A stretch of 64,000 nt of DNA from Candidatus Curtissbacteria bacterium RIFCSPLOWO2_02_41_11. GTDB taxonomy: Bacteria; Patescibacteriota; Microgenomatia; Curtissbacterales; GWA2-41-24. Positions 47,112-54,150 of the stretch are shown in pieces. The notes under the pieces are model-generated. The model had not been told where the DNA came from and did not search any database. It saw only the letters and a program-made list of their open reading frames with translations. The stretch is from contig MFBU01000014.1 in NCBI GenBank assembly GCA_001775055.1, positions 120,535 through 184,534 on the forward strand, read 5' to 3'. The stretch's first letter is position 1; each line of letters starts with the position of its first letter. A program made the position numbers and the translations under genes.

Positions 47112-47778
47112 GGTAGTCGTTGCTATCTTTGCTCACCCGGATGATGAGGCCTTTGGTCCATCGGGTACCATTGCCAAACTTGCAAAAAACCACAATGTTT
47201 ATGTTCTTTGTGCAACGCGCGGCGAAGCGGGTTTACCAGCCGAAGCTCAAGCGAAGGCGGACGGCAATCTTAAAAATATCGGCAAGGTGCGAGAAAAAGA
47301 ACTGCGTTGTTCTGCCCAAATTTTAGGAGTTAAAAAAGTTTATTTTTTGGGTTTTGTTGACGGTACTCTTTCCAATGCCTTGTATCATCTCCTGGCTGCA
47401 AGAATCAAGCAAAAGCTCAAGCTTTTAAAACCCCAAACCATCATAACTTTTGAACCCCGGGGAATTTCCGGCCACATTGATCATATCACCGTATCTCTAG
47501 CAACCACCTATGTTTTTTACCACCTTCCCTTTGTCAAAAAATTACTCTACTTCTGCATATCGGAGGAAGAAAGAAAATCGGTTAAAGACTACTTTATCTA
47601 CTTTCCCCCGGGTTACCCAAAAAGCCAAATTGACCAAGTAGTCGATGTTGCCGATGTTTGGGAGACAAAAATTCAAGCAATGATGTGCCACAAATCGCAA
47701 ATTACCGATGCCAGAAGAGTTCTTAAAATACGCCAAAAATTCCCCAAAGTTGAACATTTTTTAGAACTTGCCAAGTGA
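47086..47778 (+). CDS. PIG-L/LmbE-family N-acetylglucosaminyl deacetylase
   Basis: VVAIFAHPDDEAFGPSGTIAKL is the LmbE family signature (AHPDDE). ITFEPRGISGHIDH (His-rich metal site). Confidence 0.7.
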   Translation: MMPSKKQNRVVVAIFAHPDDEAFGPSGTIAKLAKNHNVYVLCATRGEAGLPAEAQAKADGNLKNIGKVREKELRCSAQILGVKKVYFLGFVDGTLSNALYHLLAARIKQKLKLLKPQTIITFEPRGISGHIDHITVSLATTYVFYHLPFVKKLLYFCISEEERKSVKDYFIYFPPGYPKSQIDQVVDVADVWETKIQAMMCHKSQITDARRVLKIRQKFPKVEHFLELAK

Positions 47779-48944
47779 AACTTTACAATTCCTACTCTGA
47801 AAAAAAAGAAACTCTTGACCTTTCACATCCAATCGGCCTTTATGTTTGTGGAATTACTCCTTATGACACAACACACTTAGGTCACGCTTTCACTTTTTTG
47901 GTCTATGATGTCTTGGTCAGATATTTAAGATTTTTGGGAAACAAAGTCACCTATGTCCAAAATGTTACAGACATTGATGATGACATTTTAATTAAGGCCA
48001 AATCCCTTGGTACAACTTGGCAAGCATTAATCCAAGCCGAGACGAAAAAACATTTCAAAAACATGGCTGGTCTTAACGCTCTAGCCCCGGACATTATCCC
48101 TTACGCCACAGGTCATATTAAAGAAATGATTAGTATTATCAAGGTTTTAATCGCCAGAGGTTTAGCCTATGAAAAAAATGGCTCTGTATATTTTAAAATT
48201 AGAAGCGACAAGAATTTTGGCAAACTTTCCAAACTCGGCTATCGGGCAATGCTTCAAATTGCCAATGACCGCGGCAATTTTCCACTTGATCCCAACAAGC
48301 GCGACCCTTTGGATTTTGTCCTTTGGCAAAAACACAAAGACGGTGAGCCCTCTTGGGATTCACCATGGGGCAGGGGCCGACCCGGTTGGCATGTTGAATG
48401 CTCGGCAATGGCTATGAAATATTTAGGTCCAACAATCACTATTCATGGTGGGGGAGAGGATTTAATTTTTCCTCATCATGAGGCCGAAATTGCTCAAAGT
48501 GAAAACTACACAAAGCAGAAATTCGTCAAAATTTGGATGCACACCGGCATGGTTTATTGTGACCAAAAGAAAATGAGCAAAAGCCTCGGCAACATGGTCT
48601 TTGTCTGCGATCTTTTAAAAATTTACTCTGCCAACACCTTAAGACTCTATCTTCTTTCTCACCACTGGCGCCAATCTTGGAATTATAATGAAAAAAAGCT
48701 AGAAGAATCGCAGAAGACAGCCAAAATTTTAGAAAAATCAGCCACCAAATCAAGTATGGATGATCGAGAAGTTCAAAAAAATCTACCGGTCTTTTTTACA
48801 GCTCTTGATGATGATTTAAATATTCCCCAAGCTATCGAGGTTTTGGTCAGTTTTGCCAAAAGCAAAAACCTGCCTGCCGGCAGGCAGGGGCAGGCAGGGG
48901 AGTTAATTACCAAATGCGGCCAAATTCTCGGGTTAAAATTTTAG
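47775..48944 (+). CDS. cysS: cysteinyl-tRNA synthetase (short form, 389 aa)
   Basis: YVCGITPYDTTHLGHAFT (HIGH). KMSKSLGN (KMSKS). Contains the same 27-nt GC-rich palindrome as guaA near the 3' end. Confidence 0.85.
   Translation: MKLYNSYSEKKETLDLSHPIGLYVCGITPYDTTHLGHAFTFLVYDVLVRYLRFLGNKVTYVQNVTDIDDDILIKAKSLGTTWQALIQAETKKHFKNMAGLNALAPDIIPYATGHIKEMISIIKVLIARGLAYEKNGSVYFKIRSDKNFGKLSKLGYRAMLQIANDRGNFPLDPNKRDPLDFVLWQKHKDGEPSWDSPWGRGRPGWHVECSAMAMKYLGPTITIHGGGEDLIFPHHEAEIAQSENYTKQKFVKIWMHTGMVYCDQKKMSKSLGNMVFVCDLLKIYSANTLRLYLLSHHWRQSWNYNEKKLEESQKTAKILEKSATKSSMDDREVQKNLPVFFTALDDDLNIPQAIEVLVSFAKSKNLPAGRQGQAGELITKCGQILGLKF
48863..48900. repeat. same 27-nt palindromic element plus an extra CAGGCAGGGG unit, inserted in-frame in cysS (copy 2 of 2)
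   Basis: caaaaacctgcctgccggcaggcaggggcaggcagggg. Encodes KNLPAGRQGQAGE. Confidence 0.9.
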
Positions 48945-48963
48945 AGATTGATACCCAAATTTA

Positions 48964-49941
48964 ATGGCAAAAATATTAAGCCTAAAAACAAAAACAAACT
49001 TGGCAGTTACGCCGTTTCCGCCGTTTAATTTTGATACTACTGTTTTTAAACCTTCTCACTATCCAGATTCACTCAAGATATATCAAACAGGAAAGTACTG
49101 GTTCGCTATGAGATATAACAACAGGGTCTATGGAATCAAGATGAAAAACGAGGGGACTGTGGATAATCCAAAAATTATGATTACTATTTTTTCTGAATCT
49201 AAACTCGCAAAAACAGAAGTTGAAAGAGTAATTGACGAACTTAAATTTAGATTTGAATTTAGCCGCAATATTTCAGAGTTTTATAAAAAGTTCAAAAATG
49301 ACAAAATTCTCGTGCCATTTATTAAAAGATGTTATGGAATGCATGGGAGTTGTGCCCAAAGTTTATACGGACTTTTGATGATAGGGATTCTTCTACAAAA
49401 TACAGTAATTAGAAGAAGTGTTCAAATGACAAAAGACATGCTTTTAAAGTATGGAGTCAAAGTTAAGTTTGATAGTAAAGAAGTTTATGAATTTTGGGAA
49501 CCCAGAGACTTAAAAAATGTGCGGGAAGAAGATTTAAGAAAACTAAAAGTCGGGTATAGAGCAAAATTATTTATCAAACTTTCTAAAACGTTTGTTGAAG
49601 AAAAGATTGACGAATTTGAACTTAGACAATTATCTGTTGGGGATGCAAAGGAAAGACTCTTGAGACTGTATGGTGTTGGTCCGGAGACTGTTCGTATTTT
49701 ACTAGTAGAAGCTTTGCATCATTATGAAATTTTTGATCATGTTGCGCCTTGGCAACAAAAAATTCTATCAAGATTACTTTTTAATAAACAATTGGTTCCA
49801 ACCGAAAAAATAATCAAGTACGTTAAAACTCGTTGGGGAAAATGGTCAGCCCTTGCGATACTTTACATTTGGGAAGATATTTTCTGGCAAAGAAAAGAAG
49901 GGAAAAGGATCAATTGGCTCGAGAAAGAAATTAGATTATGA
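48964..49941 (+). CDS. HhH-GPD-superfamily DNA glycosylase-like protein (AlkA/Ogg-like)
   Basis: LRLYGVGPETVRILLVEALHHYEIFDHVAPW resembles the helix-hairpin-helix GVGxKTA motif with a downstream Asp, as in Ogg/AlkA. Confidence 0.4.
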   Translation: MAKILSLKTKTNLAVTPFPPFNFDTTVFKPSHYPDSLKIYQTGKYWFAMRYNNRVYGIKMKNEGTVDNPKIMITIFSESKLAKTEVERVIDELKFRFEFSRNISEFYKKFKNDKILVPFIKRCYGMHGSCAQSLYGLLMIGILLQNTVIRRSVQMTKDMLLKYGVKVKFDSKEVYEFWEPRDLKNVREEDLRKLKVGYRAKLFIKLSKTFVEEKIDEFELRQLSVGDAKERLLRLYGVGPETVRILLVEALHHYEIFDHVAPWQQKILSRLLFNKQLVPTEKIIKYVKTRWGKWSALAILYIWEDIFWQRKEGKRINWLEKEIRL

Positions 49942-49952
49942 ATCTTGTTGGA

Positions 49953-50093
49953 CTATTTTTCCCTGAGGTGTTTGAAAAACTCTACCTGCTTTAATCTCTT
50001 TTTGGCCTCTTCTTTGGTATGATATGGCCCGCCAAGATTGCGGCCCGTCTTTTCCGAAAGCACGAAGTAACCTTCTTTACGTTTGACTATCAT
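49953..50093 (-). CDS. 46-aa basic hypothetical protein (not in ORF track)
   Basis: Minus-strand MIVKRKEGYFVLSEKTGRNLGGPYHTKEEAKKRLKQVEFFKHLREK. Short and unsupported beyond the intact frame. Confidence 0.25.
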   Translation of the reverse strand: MIVKRKEGYFVLSEKTGRNLGGPYHTKEEAKKRLKQVEFFKHLREK

Positions 50094-50146
50094 TGGCGAA
50101 ATTATACTACAGTAGATTAGTGAATTTGGTAAAATATGTAATGTTT

Positions 50147-50217
50147 TGCCGGATCGTCTAATGGTAGGACCGCAGACTCTGGATCTGCGTATCTAGGTTC
50201 GAATCCTAGCCTGGCAG
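50147..50217 (+). tRNA. tRNA-Gln (anticodon CUG)
   Basis: Hand-folded. U1 (bacterial tRNA-Gln hallmark), acceptor tgccgga. D-arm gtct/aatggta/ggac. Anticodon arm gcaga-ctCTGga-tctgc (U33, CTG at 34-36). T-arm ctagg-ttcgaat-cctag. 3' acceptor cctggca plus discriminator g. One A7:C66 mismatch. No encoded CCA. Confidence 0.65.
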
Positions 50218-50362
50218 CTGTGGCGATAAGAAAATTTGGCGGGCTTGACTCGCCATAGGCGGGTTGAATGGGACGACGGATTTCCCGCCAATGGCGGGAT
50301 AAACTGGCTTGCCACGTAATTGCGTGGATCCGTTTATCTAGCTTGTCCCGCTCTAAAGCGGG

Positions 50363-50386
50363 GGTTCGAGTCCTAGTCCGGCAGCT
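50363..50386 (+). repeat. duplicated 3' fragment of tRNA-Gln (T-loop plus 3' acceptor strand), candidate att-site remnant
   Basis: ggttcgagtcctagtccggcagct versus ggttcgaatcctagcctggcagct at 50196-50219. The 3' strand tccggca of this copy pairs perfectly with the tRNA 5' acceptor tgccgga. Confidence 0.55.
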
Positions 50387-50464
50387 AAATTTTGGCCACT
50401 TTGTTAGCCTCAAAAATTATCAAAAATAGACAATTTTTGGGATAACCTGGCTTGGATTCGAACT

Positions 50465-51076
50465 TTGGAATTGTATAATTTAATTATGAGTAGTCCGTTT
50501 CCAAACACGCTTTTCCATGCAATTTCTCAATCAAGATTACGAGAGGCGGTAACTAAGCCTACATTGCCTGGTCATTCAAAATTCCACTATGACCCAGAAG
50601 GCAAGATCCCCGGGATTTGGCTAGCAGATGAACTTAAATTTGTAGCATCAGATAATCCTTATGGGAAGGAAGAAACAGGTGAGATACTGGACATCTGGGA
50701 CAAAGATTTTATGCGGGAGGTTACGGGTCGAGATGATGCTGAGGCTTTAGTAATCAAACGCCAAAGGCCCGCAATTGTTCTTCAAGTCGAGGGGTTAGAT
50801 GAGGGCGACTTACTGCAACACCCTTTGTTGCACAATCATTTTTTTTACACAGGAGATATCCCGTGGGAAAAAGTTAAAAAATTTTTAGTTCCCATAAAAG
50901 ATAAGGAAGCTGAAGATACCGCTAGAGAGCTTGCAGAAACCCTCAATAGAAATGCAAGGCGTACTGTCGATGTTGAGACTTATGACCAAATGGCTTTTGA
51001 ACCAACATTCGAGATGAAGAAGGAATTACGAAATGAACTTAATCTTGGAGAAACCGGTAAAGGTAAATTAACATAA
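50465..51076 (+). CDS. hypothetical protein (first gene of right-hand higher-GC region)
   Basis: 203-aa ORF, no motif recognised. Confidence 0.35.
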   Translation: MELYNLIMSSPFPNTLFHAISQSRLREAVTKPTLPGHSKFHYDPEGKIPGIWLADELKFVASDNPYGKEETGEILDIWDKDFMREVTGRDDAEALVIKRQRPAIVLQVEGLDEGDLLQHPLLHNHFFYTGDIPWEKVKKFLVPIKDKEAEDTARELAETLNRNARRTVDVETYDQMAFEPTFEMKKELRNELNLGETGKGKLT

Positions 51077-51187
51077 GTATTGAATCTGAATGTCTATTTT
51101 AGTTTTGCAGAAACTGCACTGACTTCTGATAAACTAATTCGGGGTATTTGATCATTTCTACCCAATTTGCTGTTCGGAAATCATCAA

Positions 51188-51385
51188 CTACCCCAGCTCG
51201 TTTGTTTCTTTCGCCGTTAGAGAAGAATCAATCTTTCTCTTTATTCCTTTAGACTGTTTACCAATAAAATTTACAGGGCCATAAAAATGGACTTCAGTTT
51301 TGTTAAATGAATTAGTAGCTTCGGGGTGAAGTAAATCAGTTATTTTTGTCTTAAAGCTTGCTAAACCTTCAAGGATTTGTTTCAT
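51188..51385 (-). CDS. hypothetical small protein
   Basis: 65 aa, translationally coupled to the upstream ORF. Confidence 0.3.
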   Translation of the reverse strand: MKQILEGLASFKTKITDLLHPEATNSFNKTEVHFYGPVNFIGKQSKGIKRKIDSSLTAKETNELG

Positions 51386-51750
51386 TTTTTACCTAGTTCA
51401 ATAATAAAAACCTCTCCGATATCGGGTATGGTTTGTTTTTCCCAGTCATATCTTCCGGAATAAGTTTTCAAGTCTAGCCTGTTCGCTTTAAAGAAGGATT
51501 TGCCTGAAACAGTCGCCCCTGTTGTATCTCGGGTTATTTTAAGAATTCCGTTTTCTCGAACATTAATGAATTTAAATGCAATTGCTTCATTGCCGCTATC
51601 GTAAAATAACACGCAATATTTAAAGTTTGTAACGTTTGTTGATCTACAAAATCCAGAAGAAAGTCTTATGAGTCCGGATTTATTTATCCCAATTTTTGTA
51701 TCTCCTCTGGAATATACACCGTCGAACTTCTTGAATGAATAAGTTTTCAT
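51382..51750 (-). CDS. hypothetical protein
   Basis: 122 aa. Overlaps the next small ORF by ATGA, which suggests a two-gene operon. Confidence 0.35.
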   Translation of the reverse strand: MKTYSFKKFDGVYSRGDTKIGINKSGLIRLSSGFCRSTNVTNFKYCVLFYDSGNEAIAFKFINVRENGILKITRDTTGATVSGKSFFKANRLDLKTYSGRYDWEKQTIPDIGEVFIIELGKK

Positions 51751-52037
51751 ACTCGTATTGTAATACTAATTGTAATTCAAATCAAGTATCATGTATGACG
51801 TGTACAATGATCTAGAATACCTTGTCGGACCAGTTACCTTTGGGGTGATACAGTATGGAAATTAAGTTATAATGGCCGTAAGGGGTTCTGACCGTAGTAC
51901 TCAATTTTTCAGGACTATAACCCTAGGCACCGCGTCCGGGACTATATGATCGAAGGGGTCTACACCTGTACGCTCAGTTCTGACGAGCACCCCTAGGAGA
52001 CCGTCATCGCTAGAATAGCCTAATGGGACTTGCTAAA

Positions 52038-52058
52038 AGCCTCGTTAGGCTTTCTTTT
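52038..52058 (+). terminator. hairpin AGCCT-cgtt-AGGCT followed by TTTCTTTT (terminator-like), possibly the 3' end of an ncRNA or an attenuator ahead of 52133
   Basis: 5-bp GC-containing stem (extendable to 7 bp with 52007-52013 / 52045-52051) plus a T-run. Confidence 0.3.
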
Positions 52059-52132
52059 AATTCGAACCGACTATATAAAGCTAAGGGTAACCATAGAGAT
52101 CGGGGAACTCTGTTGTAAGTTATAATTCTTCC

Positions 52133-53005
52133 ATGAATGATTTGTTAACAGAACTAGGTCAGTTAATTAATAAAAAAAACTTGTCTCGTGGAGCAAAGAA
52201 AAGACTAAGAGTAGATTTAAATGCGATAAGTTTGCGTCTGGTTAAATTTGAATACGAAACTAGTGGAATAGTTGAGAATACTTTTGACGTCCCGGAAACA
52301 TTTAGACGAATGTACAAGCATCTCGATACTTATTCGAAGATTGCTAAAACATGGAGTTCTATATTATCTAATCTTCCTATAGATAAACAGACAAACATTT
52401 TAGATCTTTGTCCCGGCTACGCACCAAAAATTGAGTTAGCTTTATTTTATCTCGGATATAGAGGAACCGTTACCATAATTGATGAGGATAATACTTCAAT
52501 GAAGCAACTTGTCAAATTTATGGCACTATTTAACCCCCAATTCAAAATTGTAACCATGAAACGAGATTTATTTTCTCCTCTCAAAGAAAAATTTCATCTT
52601 GCCGTTGGCAACCATATAATTGATGATCTCATATTACATTACTTTGCTAAGAAGGCTGGAATTAATACTAATGAGTTCTATGAAAACGAGCAGGCTCTTG
52701 TCGACTTTTGGAAAAGGGTTCTTTTAAATAAAAACGAAAACCAAAAAGAAATTACTCAAAAAATATCCGACATATTTAAAACAATTATTGCAAACGGAGG
52801 TTATTTATGCTTGTCGCAATACAAGAGTTATATGGATAAAATGCTAGACTTAGAGAAGGAATTTTTATTCTCGAGAGCAGTTTTTACAAAAATAATCAAA
52901 AATTTAATGAGAAGCGAATTTATCAATTTAAACGTTAAAAATTACGAAGCGAAAAATCAATATTTTTCTGCTCATGATGTTGTAATTTTAAAAAAAACAA
53001 AATGA
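52133..53005 (+). CDS. hypothetical protein (weak Rossmann/SAM-methyltransferase-like pattern)
   Basis: ILDLCPGYAPK ... TIIDED ... LAVGNHIIDDL loosely resemble MTase motifs I, II and IV. Overlaps the next gene (ATGA). Confidence 0.3.
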   Translation: MNDLLTELGQLINKKNLSRGAKKRLRVDLNAISLRLVKFEYETSGIVENTFDVPETFRRMYKHLDTYSKIAKTWSSILSNLPIDKQTNILDLCPGYAPKIELALFYLGYRGTVTIIDEDNTSMKQLVKFMALFNPQFKIVTMKRDLFSPLKEKFHLAVGNHIIDDLILHYFAKKAGINTNEFYENEQALVDFWKRVLLNKNENQKEITQKISDIFKTIIANGGYLCLSQYKSYMDKMLDLEKEFLFSRAVFTKIIKNLMRSEFINLNVKNYEAKNQYFSAHDVVILKKTK

Positions 53006-54150
53006 TGGAAACACGAAGTATTCAGTCTCGAGATCTAGTCGATTTACGTGTAAAGCTTACCAACCTTGCTCGGAATATTAGAAGAACAACAATACCGGAT
53101 GACGTCGAGCTAATTTACCCACAATCATCAAGAGATGATACAGTTTTTTTTAAAGGATCAGTATTAAAGAGAAAAAGAATCGTTCTACTTGCCCCTGCAT
53201 GTGTTACTGCAACATGCACTATGTGCCCTTTACCAAACGAGGCTCTTGATCGAAAAACCAGGCCCATTTCGCCCGAGCAAATCATTCAACAGTTCGAATC
53301 ATCTTTTGAGGGAGAAAGGTCTCTCGATGACTACGAGCTAATAACTGTTTACAATAATGGAAATTTCTTTGCCGATTTAGAACTAGACCGGGCAGTTCGA
53401 AAGCACATTTACAAAAGAGTGGGCGAGAGCAAAGCATCAATACTTGTTGTGGAGTCACTGCCGCAATTCATTACGCCAGAAAAGGTTGAAGAAGCAAAAG
53501 AGCTTCTAGGGCAAAAAGAACTTGCGGTGGCTATCGGTTTACAGTCATCCAACGATTTAGTTCGAGAACTTGCTGTAAACTCAACATGCACAAAAGCTGC
53601 TTTCGAAAGAGCTGTGCGGTTGTTGGGGGAGAATGGATATAAACCGCTCACATTTCTTATGATCAAACCCCCATTTTTGACTGAAAAGGAGGGAATCGAG
53701 GATGCTGTAGGCTCCATAAAATATCTAGCAAGTTTGGGTATTGATGACCCTATATTATGCGCAACTCGAGTGGCACCGAACACTGTAGCAATGCTCCTTC
53801 GTGAGAAAGGGCTTTTTAATCCGCCATGGATTTGGTCAGTTGTTGAGGTTCTAAAAAAGAGTTCAACTGTTAGTCCTAGCAGTAGACCTCGAGTAGTGTT
53901 ATCAGAATTGAAGCCAGAAATTAACTTAGATTCCGCATGTCCTCAAAATTGCGATTTATGCAGTACTCGAATTATAGATTTGATAGATTCCTACAATAAA
54001 ACCGGTGACGTAAAAGTTTTTAGAGATGCAGATTGTGATTGTAGGGAAACTTATAAAGCGTATGTTGATTCTGTAGAAAAAGACATGGGGCGAGTTTCCC
54101 TTTTGGAGAGAGTCAGAGATTTTTTGGATGGTATATTAATAGAAAGTTGA
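53002..54150 (+). CDS. radical-SAM-like TIM-barrel enzyme with atypical CX4CX2C cluster motif
   Basis: LLAPACVTATCTMCPL (Cys-x4-Cys-x2-Cys). AIGLQSSNDLVRELAVNST...LTFLMIKPPFLTEKEGIEDAVGSIKYLASLGIDDP resembles the GxQS.ND...NR / downstream pattern of HemN/ELP3/TIGR01212-type radical SAM proteins. Additional Cys cluster CPQNCDLC...DCDC. Confidence 0.4.
   Translation: MMETRSIQSRDLVDLRVKLTNLARNIRRTTIPDDVELIYPQSSRDDTVFFKGSVLKRKRIVLLAPACVTATCTMCPLPNEALDRKTRPISPEQIIQQFESSFEGERSLDDYELITVYNNGNFFADLELDRAVRKHIYKRVGESKASILVVESLPQFITPEKVEEAKELLGQKELAVAIGLQSSNDLVRELAVNSTCTKAAFERAVRLLGENGYKPLTFLMIKPPFLTEKEGIEDAVGSIKYLASLGIDDPILCATRVAPNTVAMLLREKGLFNPPWIWSVVEVLKKSSTVSPSSRPRVVLSELKPEINLDSACPQNCDLCSTRIIDLIDSYNKTGDVKVFRDADCDCRETYKAYVDSVEKDMGRVSLLERVRDFLDGILIES

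Noticed and set aside
50230-50386. Possible second complete tRNA (or intron-containing tRNA) ending at 50384.
   Set aside because: A T-arm-like and 3'-acceptor segment is present, but no matching 5' acceptor strand, D-arm or anticodon arm can be found in the preceding 150 nt. The only complement to its acceptor strand is the 5' end of tRNA-Gln itself. It is interpreted as a duplicated 3' fragment, pending a covariance-model scan.
50117-50413. 98-aa minus-strand ORF covering the tRNA-Gln region.
   Set aside because: It overlaps a well-folding tRNA and GC-rich structured RNA. It is an Arg/Pro-rich translation typical of a spurious frame through GC-rich non-coding sequence.
51980-51987. CTGACGAG resembling the hammerhead-ribozyme CUGANGA box.
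   Set aside because: The required flanking stem II hairpin followed by GAAA and a stem III with a UH cleavage site could not be assembled from the surrounding sequence.
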